Shown here: piece by piece, positions 8,946 to 16,999 of the stretch
How positions within the stretch are numbered: the first letter of the stretch is position 1
How the letters are laid out: every line of letters starts with the position of its first letter
Origin: Corynebacterium amycolatum
GTDB lineage: Bacteria > Actinomycetota > Actinomycetes > Mycobacteriales > Mycobacteriaceae
Length of the DNA stretch: 32,000 nt
Assembly (NCBI RefSeq): GCF_049243625.1
Contig: NZ_CP046975.1
Reading direction: 5' to 3' (one strand)
Made by a program: the position numbers and the translations under genes
The notes under the pieces: model-generated
What the model was told of the DNA's origin: nothing
What the model saw: only the letters and a program-made list of their open reading frames with translations
Databases searched by the model: none

Positions 8946-9833
8946 CTACTGCGTCGCCAGCGCCTCGTCACACAGGTCACGGAATTCCTTTTCCGCAGCT
9001 ACATCCGGCTGCGGAATGGGCTCACCATCGATGGACTTAACCACGACCGCGATGCGCACCGAGGACACTAGCCACACCGCATCAGCGGTGAATAGGTCCC
9101 TTGGTACCAGAACCGTCGGAGTGACTTTCCAGCCGCAGTTGGCAGCTGTTTCAAACAGCGCTGCCTGAGTCGTGCCCGGCAGCACTCCTTCACCGGGGTT
9201 GGGGGTCAGCAGCTCATTGCCGCGCTGGACGATGATGGTCGATGTCGGGCCTTCCAGGAGCTTTCCCTCTGCGGAGGTGAAGATGACATCGTCAAAACCC
9301 TTGGACTTGGCATAGCGTAATGCGGCCATATTAGCCGCGTATGACAACGTTTTCGCGCCGATGAGCGCCCACGGTGCACGGGAGCCAAGGTCGAGCGAGA
9401 AACCACGCTCTGCAAGCATGACTGATACCGGCTTCAGGCGATTTTCCGCCACCTTTTTCGCGGAGCTTGCCAAAACGTAGCCAGTCGGCCTTCCAGTGGA
9501 CTCGCGACCACGCGAGTAAACCCACCGCAACGTCGCATCCCCCTCAATTGACCTATCGCGCAACTCCCGTAGTGCAACCTCGGTAGCCGCCCGCCATTGC
9601 TCCAGGTCCGGGGTTGGCAAATCCAGCATTAGCGCTGACGATGCGAACCGCTTCTCGTGCCGGTCAGTATTGCAGGTATGACCACCCCTGACCAGTAGTG
9701 TTTCAAAAACTCCGTCGCCGCGAATAGCTCCGAGATCGTCCGCGTAGAGGAACGGCTGTCCTGCCTCGACAGCAATCGGGCCACCGTCTGCGAAGACGTC
9801 GATAAGCACTAGAGAAGAAAGCGAATCCGTCAT
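8946..9833 (-). CDS. class IV (fold type IV) PLP aminotransferase, aminodeoxychorismate lyase-like
   Basis: Motifs FETLLVRGG, the catalytic-Lys context IGAKTLSYAANMAA, and LPGTTQ. ATG at 9833 is preferred over GTG at 9839. Confidence 0.75.
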   Translation of the reverse strand: MTDSLSSLVLIDVFADGGPIAVEAGQPFLYADDLGAIRGDGVFETLLVRGGHTCNTDRHEKRFASSALMLDLPTPDLEQWRAATEVALRELRDRSIEGDATLRWVYSRGRESTGRPTGYVLASSAKKVAENRLKPVSVMLAERGFSLDLGSRAPWALIGAKTLSYAANMAALRYAKSKGFDDVIFTSAEGKLLEGPTSTIIVQRGNELLTPNPGEGVLPGTTQAALFETAANCGWKVTPTVLVPRDLFTADAVWLVSSVRIAVVVKSIDGEPIPQPDVAAEKEFRDLCDEALATQ

Positions 9834-9886
9834 ACACACAAGCTTAATCCATGCTTAATTTGGGGATTTCTGGTTAACATGAGGGA

Positions 9887-11068
9887 GTGAGTGTTGAGTA
9901 TGTAAGTCCTTTGATGTCTCACGTGGCTGGTGCCGCTGCCCTCGAATTGGGCGGACAGACGGTAGGTTTAGAGAAGGCCTCAGAGAACGCCCCAGACGGA
10001 ACCTCAGCGAAAAACGTCGAGCAAACCACAGGGCAAGCTAGCGTGGCATGGCACTACGGCCGTCCACTGGTAGAGCAACGTCATCTACAAGAGGACTGCG
10101 GAGTAGTAGATCGCTCGTACTACCGCGTTATTGAGGTTACTGGCGAGGATCGCCTGACCTACCTCAACACACTTTTTTCACAGAAGGTCGACGATGCCAC
10201 CCCCGGCACTGTCACTGAAGCCCTGAACCTGGATGCCAACGGTCACGTTCTCCACCACATGACGCTGACTGTTTTGGACGATTCTGTGCTTATCGACGTG
10301 CCCCCTGTTGGCTTCGACTCCCTGCTGAAGTACCTGAACATGATGGTGTTCTGGTCCAAGGTGGAAATTGCTGAGATAGAACGGGCGGTTATTTCCGTCA
10401 TGGGGCCGGATGCCCCTGAGGTACTGGTGTCCGCCGGCCTCGCATTCCCGCAGGTGGGCAAGGCTACGACGGTGGGGCATTCCTATGTCCGACACCTGCC
10501 TTGGCCACGCGGCGGACGTGTGGATGTGCTCGTGCGCCGACAGGATTTAGTCGGTGCTTGGGACGCGCTGATGGCCGCTGGCGCCTCCCCAGTTGGACTG
10601 ATGGGATGGGAGGCCGAACGCGTAGTCTCCTTGCGGCCGGAGCTGGGAATCGATGTAGATGAGAAGATGATTCCGCATGAGGCTCCGCGCTGGATTGCCT
10701 CTGAATTCGACACGGCTGCCGTGCACTTGGACAAGGGCTGCTATCGCGGCCAAGAGACTGTGTCTCGAGTCCACAATGTTGGTCGCTCCCCACGAGTTTT
10801 GGTGATGCTGCAGCTCGACGGCTCAGCTACTCTGCCGGAAACCGGCGATCCAGTGATGATGGGCAAGCGCGCCGTGGGCCGCGTAGGCACCGTCGTGCAA
10901 CATGCCGATTACGGCCCGATTGCATTGGCTCTGCTTAAGCGCTCGGCGCAGGAACGCGAGGGCCTTGTGGTGGGTGACTGCGCCGTGGCCGTCGACCCTT
11001 CCTCCATCGACCGCGTCGAGCAGCTGCCACCGGGTCGTGTGGCCATCAACCGCCTGCGTGGGAAATAA
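9887..11068 (+). CDS. ygfZ: folate-binding Fe-S cluster assembly/repair protein YgfZ (GcvT-like)
   Basis: GcvT-fold sequence with the YgfZ signature KGCYRGQETVSR. The start is uncertain: GTG 9887 abuts GAGGGA, and an alternative ATG lies at 9914. Confidence 0.78.
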   Translation: MSVEYVSPLMSHVAGAAALELGGQTVGLEKASENAPDGTSAKNVEQTTGQASVAWHYGRPLVEQRHLQEDCGVVDRSYYRVIEVTGEDRLTYLNTLFSQKVDDATPGTVTEALNLDANGHVLHHMTLTVLDDSVLIDVPPVGFDSLLKYLNMMVFWSKVEIAEIERAVISVMGPDAPEVLVSAGLAFPQVGKATTVGHSYVRHLPWPRGGRVDVLVRRQDLVGAWDALMAAGASPVGLMGWEAERVVSLRPELGIDVDEKMIPHEAPRWIASEFDTAAVHLDKGCYRGQETVSRVHNVGRSPRVLVMLQLDGSATLPETGDPVMMGKRAVGRVGTVVQHADYGPIALALLKRSAQEREGLVVGDCAVAVDPSSIDRVEQLPPGRVAINRLRGK

Positions 11069-11327
11069 GTAACGGGAAATAGGTAAAGCCACCAGACAGA
11101 GTGGTGAAAAAATAACTTTTTCCATTTTTTTCAGAAAGGTTATTCCCCCAGTTCACAGTACATATTGAGTTGCCTGAGCGCGAGGACACAACCCACTATG
11201 GGCCTCCCCGCGTAACCCCTTCGTCTAAAAATCAGCTATGGTGTCTTACAGGAATTAACGCAATAAGACATAAGTGGGTCGGCCGTATCCCCGTGCCGTC
11301 CCACGGATTACACAAGGGGGTCAGGCC

Positions 11328-11510
11328 ATGGGTCGCGGCCGTGCGAAAGCAAAGCAGGCGAAGGTTGCCCGTCAGCTCAAGTACGATTCACCAGAAATGG
11401 ACTTGGAGCGTCTGCAGCGGGAACTCGTCGGCAAGTCGAACGAGTCCGATCGAGACGACTATTACTCTGACTGGGAGGAATGGGCCTCAGGCGCTGGTCG
11501 CGACAGCTAG
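11328..11510 (+). CDS. DUF3073 small conserved actinobacterial protein
   Basis: MGRGRAKAKQAKVARQLKY.. basic N-terminus and acidic Trp-containing tail (DDYYSDWEEW). ATG 11328 lies downstream of AAGGGGG. As I recall, it occupies the Rv0810c-equivalent position next to purM. Confidence 0.75.
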   Translation: MGRGRAKAKQAKVARQLKYDSPEMDLERLQRELVGKSNESDRDDYYSDWEEWASGAGRDS

Positions 11511-11560
11511 CGTAAGCTAACCGCTGTCGTATTTTCCGCAAAGCGTTTCTATTTCAATAA

Positions 11561-11604
11561 AACAAGCACCCGCCAACGATTCCGTTGGTGGGTGCTTGTT
11601 TTTG
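11561..11604. terminator. intrinsic terminator after the DUF3073 gene (bidirectional shape)
   Basis: 18-bp stem AACAAGCACCCGCCAACG (11561-11578) pairs with CGTTGGTGGGTGCTTGTT (11583-11600), with one G:T pair. The loop is ATTC. TTTGC follows the stem and AATAAAA precedes it. Confidence 0.85.
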
Positions 11605-11607
11605 CTT

Positions 11608-11735
11608 AGTGACCGCGTTTATGCTCGGCCGATTATGCTCGGCCGTGGCGGATCGATCCGAGTTACTGACTGCGTTTATGACAAAAATAGCCCGAAAAAC
11701 GGCTCGGAAGTGCCATAAACTCGCACAGTTTCACA
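11608..11735. repeat. cluster of repeats including an inverted-repeat element of about 75 bp (copy B) related to 1431-1498
   Basis: AGTGACCGCGTTTATG (11608-11623). Tandem 13-mers TTATGCTCGGCCG at 11619-11631 and 11633-11645. Palindrome CGGATCGATCCG (11649-11660). AGTTACTGACTGCGTTTATGACA (11661-11683) faces its inverted partner CCATAAACTCGCACAGT (11713-11729). Confidence 0.65.
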
Positions 11736-11853
11736 TATGCAGCCCGTGGTTTTGGGGATCTCAGCTACTCAACCCGGATGTAGGCGGCTCAGCAGTCGGC
11801 CACCCTCCACAGTAGACCAGCCGCCCCAGTCCCGACCAGCCGAAGGCCAAAGC

Positions 11854-12918
11854 TTAGAAGCGCGGGTGGCTGCCGCGTAAAACAGCCCTATCCTCGCCGG
11901 CCTCGCTCTTGCGGACAGTACCCAGCTCCCAAGCGTTGATGTGGCGGGCAGTCAGCAGAGCCAGTGCACGATCGCGATCCTCTGCAGAAACAATCGCAAC
12001 CATACCAACACCCATGTTGAAGGTCTTCTCCATCTCCTCGCGGGAGACGTTGCCGAGCTCAGCAATGGTCTTGAAGATCGGGCCCGGGGTCCATGTTGCG
12101 CGGCTCATGTCAGCGGTCAGGCCTTCCGGCATGATGCGAACCATGTTGCCAGCCAATCCGCCACCGGTGACGTGGCAGAAAGTGCGGACCTCTGCCTCGT
12201 TCATGAGAGCCAGGCAGTCCTTCGCATAGATCTTGGTTGGCTCCAGCAGCTCCTCACCGAGGGTACGTCCGAAGTCTTCGACGTAACCGTCGAGCTCCAG
12301 ACCGGCCTTCTCCAGGAGAACGTAGCGAGCCAGCGAGTAGCCATTGGAGTGAAGTCCAGAGGACTCCATGGCGATAATGACATCGCCCTCACGCACGCGG
12401 TCCGGGCCGAGAAGCTTGTCCCCTTCCACGACACCGACGCCGGTAGCGGAGACATCGTACTCGCCTGGTTCCATCACACCCGGGTGCTCTGCAGTCTCGC
12501 CGCCCAGGAGGGCGCAACCCGCCTGGACGCATCCCTCGGCGATGCCGGAAACGATCTCGGCGACGTGCTCCGGCACGACCTTGCCAATTGCGATGTAGTC
12601 CTGCAGGAACAGCGGCTCGGCGCCGCACACGACCAGGTCATCGACGACCATGGCGACCAGGTCCAGGCCGATGGTGTCGTGCTTGCCGACGGCCTGCGCC
12701 ACGGCCAACTTGGTCCCCACACCATCGGAGGATGCGGCCAGCAGCGGCTTTTCGTAGTTGCCCAGTGCAAACAGGCCGGCAAAACCGCCGAGCCCGCCAC
12801 GGACCTCTGGGCGAGTGGCCTTCTTGGCAATCGGGGCGAATAGTTCAACGGCGCGGTCGCCGGCTTCGATGTCGACGCCGGCTGCAGCGTAGGAAGCACC
12901 AGAAACGTTCTCGGTCAT
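11854..12918 (-). CDS. purM: phosphoribosylformylglycinamidine cyclo-ligase (AIR synthetase)
   Basis: MTENVSGASYAAAGVDIEAGD.. and the DGVGTK motif. ATG at 12918. The track ORF start at 13014 adds 32 unlikely residues. Confidence 0.95.
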   Translation of the reverse strand: MTENVSGASYAAAGVDIEAGDRAVELFAPIAKKATRPEVRGGLGGFAGLFALGNYEKPLLAASSDGVGTKLAVAQAVGKHDTIGLDLVAMVVDDLVVCGAEPLFLQDYIAIGKVVPEHVAEIVSGIAEGCVQAGCALLGGETAEHPGVMEPGEYDVSATGVGVVEGDKLLGPDRVREGDVIIAMESSGLHSNGYSLARYVLLEKAGLELDGYVEDFGRTLGEELLEPTKIYAKDCLALMNEAEVRTFCHVTGGGLAGNMVRIMPEGLTADMSRATWTPGPIFKTIAELGNVSREEMEKTFNMGVGMVAIVSAEDRDRALALLTARHINAWELGTVRKSEAGEDRAVLRGSHPRF

Positions 12919-13076
12919 TAGAGGCTCTCGCTTTAAACTTTCTCCCCCGGGCGGCGTTACTGCCGTATCCGGGAGTATTGGCGGACCGGGAACAAAGCAA
13001 CGGCTGCAATCCACAGCACCGCTTACGCCTTGTTCTCGGTTCAGTTCTCGTAGTTCATTCTAAGGAGGTTTCGAGG

Positions 13077-14645
13077 CTAATTGCTCGTTGCGGCTTTGGC
13101 AGCCTGGGCTGCCTGCATCCTCTCCACAGCTGCCGCATTCGGATTGCCCTCCGGCAGACCCAGCGGGTACTTGCCATCGAAGCAGGCACAACAGACTTCG
13201 GTCTTTGCCTGCTCGGAAGCGGCGACCATGCCATCGATGGAGACAAATCCCAGGCTGTCGGCACCAATCGCGGTTGCGATACCGGCGACAATGTCATTTT
13301 CATCCACGCCGTTGGCCAACAGCTCGCCCGGAGAGGCGAAGTCAATGCCGTAGAAGCACGGCCATTTCACCGGCGGCGCGGCGATGCGCACGTGCACTTC
13401 CTTCGCACCGGCCTCACGCAGCATGCGAATCAGGGCACGCTGAGTGTTGCCGCGGACGATGGAGTCATCGACCACGACCAAGCGCTTACCGGCGATAACT
13501 TCCTTCAGCGGGTTCAGCTTCAGTCGGATGCCCAGCTGACGAATCGTCTGCGAAGGCTGAATGAAGGTACGGCCCACGTAACCGTTTTTGGTCAGCCCCT
13601 GACCAAACGGAATGCCCGATTCCTGGGCATAGCCAACCGCCGCCGGGGTTCCGGATTCCGGCACCGGCATTACTAGGTCACCGTCAGCCGGGAACTCACG
13701 CGCCAACTGGCGACCTAGCTCAAGGCGCACGGCATTGACAGAGCGACCACGGATGTTGGAGTCCGGGCGCGCCAGGTAGACGTACTCGAAAATGCATCCT
13801 GCGTGGGTAGTTTCGGCGAAACGCTGCGAACGGACACCGGAGGCATCAATGGCCACCATCTCGCCCGGCTCGATCTCGCGGACGAATGATGCACCGACGA
13901 TATCCAGCGCACAGGTCTCAGACGCAACTACCCAGCCACCGGACAGGCGGCCCAAGCACAACGGACGCACACCGTGTGGGTCACGCGCAGCGTACAGCGT
14001 TTCGCCATCGGTGAAAGTAAGGCAGAAGGCCCCCTTCAGGCGCGGCAGAAGCGTCAGCGCAGCCGCTTCCACGTTGGTGCTACAGCCGTGGTCTTCTGGG
14101 TGATCAACCTTGCCGGTTTCGTCGGCAAGCAGTGCGGTCATAATTGCGGAGTCGCTAGGCAGCTCTCCCTGATCGCGCATCAGCCCCTTATCCACTGCCT
14201 CACGGAACAGCGTGAGGTGGTTGGTCAGGTTGCCGTTGTGCCCCAGCGCGATGTCCGTGCCGTCGGAAGCCATCTGGAACATCGGCTGTGCATTCTCCCA
14301 CGCAGGAGCTCCAGCGGTGGTGTAGCGCGTGTGCCCTACGGCTACGTGCCCCTTCAGAGCGTCGAGCGTCTGCTCATCAAAAACCTGGGAAACAAGCCCG
14401 AGATCCTTGAATACGAGAATTTGGTCGCCGTCGCCGACTGCGATACCGGCGGCTTCCTGGCCGCGATGTTGCAGGGCAAACAAGCCATAGTAGGTGAGTT
14501 TGGACACGTCTTCGCCAGGTGCCCAAACGCCAAAGACGCCACATTCTTCACGCGGGGATGTCTCCCCCAGATCGTCGTAAGGCGAAATTGGCAAAAGTTT
14601 GGTCTTTGGTGCACCTGAAATGTTGGTATCGGCCACGACATTCAC
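13077..14645 (-). CDS. purF: amidophosphoribosyltransferase (Fe-S type, with propeptide)
   Basis: Ntn-glutaminase start ..EECGVFGVW, PRPP loop VVVDDSIVRGNT, and cluster cysteines (WPCFYGID, CCACFDGKYP). GTG start at 14645; the exact start is uncertain. Confidence 0.95.
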   Translation of the reverse strand: MNVVADTNISGAPKTKLLPISPYDDLGETSPREECGVFGVWAPGEDVSKLTYYGLFALQHRGQEAAGIAVGDGDQILVFKDLGLVSQVFDEQTLDALKGHVAVGHTRYTTAGAPAWENAQPMFQMASDGTDIALGHNGNLTNHLTLFREAVDKGLMRDQGELPSDSAIMTALLADETGKVDHPEDHGCSTNVEAAALTLLPRLKGAFCLTFTDGETLYAARDPHGVRPLCLGRLSGGWVVASETCALDIVGASFVREIEPGEMVAIDASGVRSQRFAETTHAGCIFEYVYLARPDSNIRGRSVNAVRLELGRQLAREFPADGDLVMPVPESGTPAAVGYAQESGIPFGQGLTKNGYVGRTFIQPSQTIRQLGIRLKLNPLKEVIAGKRLVVVDDSIVRGNTQRALIRMLREAGAKEVHVRIAAPPVKWPCFYGIDFASPGELLANGVDENDIVAGIATAIGADSLGFVSIDGMVAASEQAKTEVCCACFDGKYPLGLPEGNPNAAAVERMQAAQAAKAATSN

Positions 14646-14698
14646 ACTAATAGCCCCACCCGCCCGGGCACCAATTCAGCATCCCCCCCCAACGGGTT

Positions 14699-15139
14699 TT
14701 AAGAAATGCGCGCCACCGGCAGATGATTCCCGATTTCCGCCGCACGCGTGCCCGACATATCGATGTGCGCCTGCACCTGCTCTAACGTGATCATTCCGCA
14801 CGCGAGTCCCAGCCAAATCTCCGGCGACATCTCCACGACATTGGGCGGCGTACCGCGTGTGTGCCTGGGCCCCTCAATGCACTGGACCGCGACGAAGGGC
14901 GGCACGCGCACCTCGACGCTATGCCCCGGCGCCTCTTGGGCGAGCATCCGCACGGACAGACGCACCGCTTTGGCGAGGCTCGCACGGCTTAACGACGGCC
15001 CCTGCGCCCCATCTGCCCCGGCGAAGGAGGCAGCCTTTTGGTCAGATAGCAATTCGCGGCCGAGAAGACGTTGCGCCGCCCAGGGTGCGGCGGTGGAAAG
15101 AGCGCTGCGAACGTCGAAAGGCGAGATTTTGGATACCAT
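14699..15139 (-). CDS. conserved hypothetical protein (Rv0807-like; sterol-carrier-family annotation in some genomes)
   Basis: 146-aa ORF with ATG 15139 and an AGGATGAGG ribosome-binding site. It sits immediately downstream of purF on the same strand, which I recall as the mycobacterial Rv0807 position. No catalytic motif recognised. Confidence 0.5.
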   Translation of the reverse strand: MVSKISPFDVRSALSTAAPWAAQRLLGRELLSDQKAASFAGADGAQGPSLSRASLAKAVRLSVRMLAQEAPGHSVEVRVPPFVAVQCIEGPRHTRGTPPNVVEMSPEIWLGLACGMITLEQVQAHIDMSGTRAAEIGNHLPVARIS

Positions 15140-15156
15140 AACCTCATCCTAGAGTT

Positions 15157-16176
15157 ATGCTTTCATATATGGATACGCAGTCAACTGAAAAAGCTGAACA
15201 GGTGCACGCTCCAGCGTCACCATCTCTTGTACTCCGTTTTATGGCGTCGCCGACCGATGTCATTATGGCCGGAACCAATTCCGTCCACGGCGGCCGTGTG
15301 TTGCAGTGGATTGACAAGGCCGCTTACGCCTGTGCGACCGGCTGGTCGGGACGCTACTGCGTGACTGCGTACTTCGGTCACATTCACTTCACTCGCCCGA
15401 TTCCCAGCGGCCACATTGTTGAGGTGCGCTCCAAGATTGCGCATACCGGTCGCAGTTCTATGCACATCGTCAACGAGGTGCTCTCAGCTGATCCGCGCGA
15501 GGGCAAGTTCACCCGCGCAGCTGACTGCCTAGTGATCTTCGTGGCCATGGATGAAAATGGTAAGTCGACACCGGTTCCGAAGTGGGTGCCGCAAACGGAG
15601 GAAGAAGAGCGTGTTGAAAAGGCCGCTCTTTCCCGTTTTGAGCTCCGCCGCGACATCGAAGCCAGCATGCGCGCGCAAACGTACTCCGCGGATTCCTCTG
15701 CACCCGAGCTGACCACACGTTTCCTGGCAAAGCCGACCGATGTTAACTGGGGCGGAAACGTCCACGGCGGTACCGCCATGGAGTGGATTGATGAGGCTGC
15801 GACGGCAGTTACCACCAACTGGGCGGGACGCCAGACTATTTCCGTGTACGCAGGTGGTATTCGCTTCTACAACCCAATCCACATTGGCGACCTAGTTGAG
15901 GTGCGCGCACGCATCCTGCGCACCGGCACGACCTCGATGCACCTGTCGGTGCAGGTCTACTGCTGTGAGCCCCGCAAGGGTGTCGGCGGGCTGCGCAAGG
16001 CTCTGCACTCGACCATGACTTATGTCGCAATTGACGACGATTTCAACCCACAGCCGGTACCGCACTTCCAGCCGACGACGGATGAGGACAAGCGCCTGCA
16101 CGCTCACGATCTGTCGCTGAAGGCGCTGCGTGACAAGTACAGCCCGCTACCGCTGATTGAGCGCGAACAGGATTAA
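15157..16176 (+). CDS. acyl-CoA thioesterase, tandem hotdog (4HBT/BFIT type)
   Basis: Internal duplication: RFMASPTDV..VHGGRVLQWIDKAAY..GHIVEVRSKIAHTGRSSMHI and RFLAKPTDV..VHGGTAMEWIDEAAT..GDLVEVRARILRTGTTSMHL. Start is ATG 15157 or 15169. Confidence 0.85.
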   Translation: MLSYMDTQSTEKAEQVHAPASPSLVLRFMASPTDVIMAGTNSVHGGRVLQWIDKAAYACATGWSGRYCVTAYFGHIHFTRPIPSGHIVEVRSKIAHTGRSSMHIVNEVLSADPREGKFTRAADCLVIFVAMDENGKSTPVPKWVPQTEEEERVEKAALSRFELRRDIEASMRAQTYSADSSAPELTTRFLAKPTDVNWGGNVHGGTAMEWIDEAATAVTTNWAGRQTISVYAGGIRFYNPIHIGDLVEVRARILRTGTTSMHLSVQVYCCEPRKGVGGLRKALHSTMTYVAIDDDFNPQPVPHFQPTTDEDKRLHAHDLSLKALRDKYSPLPLIEREQD

Positions 16177-16880
16177 GCCGCCTGGCCGCCCGGCTTCCTG
16201 TTTTTCCACCAGATGGATAGGAACATCCAGCCAATCAGCGCGAAGGTGATGTAGGTGACGTACCGGTCAATCGTCTGCAGGGAGCCCTGGATACTTGGGC
16301 CAAACTTCAGGCCCAAGTACAGGTAGAAGCACTTGAGCATTGCGGCACAGAGGAAGAGGTACACACCTACTACCCAGCCGCGCACCTTCGCAATACCACC
16401 GATGGCCACGACGATCGTGGCCGGAATCGGCGAGAATGGCACAAACGATGCCAGCACACTCAGCCCGATGCGTTCATAGATGAAGTTCTCCATCTTCTTA
16501 AACCATCGCGGTGGATGGCCGCCGAAACTCATCGTGATGAATTCCGTGCCCCACTTCTTGCCCATCCAGTAGAAGAACGGCATGAACTTAATTGTCGACA
16601 GCGCCGCAATCACCACAACAGCGAAGAGGAAGAGCGGCCTATCCTCGTTTTCCGACGCGAGAATCAGCACCGAGAGATTCGAGCCCGTCAGCCACGTATG
16701 TAAAAAGGTATACTTGAGCAGCAAAACCGCGCGGAACGGGATAATTGCAAAGCCGTACACGGCAACCAGCATCAGCGATGCATAGAGAAGCTTGTCTATT
16801 TTGTCCGGCTCACGCAGGAAGCTCGGCAGATCCTCACGAGGGTCGTGCTCGGCCTCGTTACGCATGTCGGGTGAAGTCAT
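16173..16880 (-). CDS. integral membrane protein, possibly VTT/DedA-TVP38-like
   Basis: About 5-6 predicted TM segments, a WMGKKWG segment, and a ..FVPFSPIPATIVVAIGGIAKV.. re-entrant-like motif. The family assignment is tentative. Confidence 0.45.
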   Translation of the reverse strand: MTSPDMRNEAEHDPREDLPSFLREPDKIDKLLYASLMLVAVYGFAIIPFRAVLLLKYTFLHTWLTGSNLSVLILASENEDRPLFLFAVVVIAALSTIKFMPFFYWMGKKWGTEFITMSFGGHPPRWFKKMENFIYERIGLSVLASFVPFSPIPATIVVAIGGIAKVRGWVVGVYLFLCAAMLKCFYLYLGLKFGPSIQGSLQTIDRYVTYITFALIGWMFLSIWWKNRKPGGQAA

Positions 16881-16999
16881 GAACCACAGTCTAACTGCAC
16901 GACTCCTTCCGCAGCAGGAGCCGCAGACTATGCCATTACGTACGGCTCAGACGCACTCGCCAAGGACGACCGCAGTGCCGCCTACTATCCTGGGAAGAT

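Noticed and set aside
11585-11815. 76-aa ORF in the DUF3073/purM spacer
   Set aside because: It starts inside the terminator hairpin and lacks a ribosome-binding site. It runs through tandem and inverted repeats. The related repeat copy at 1431-1498 does not preserve any reading frame.
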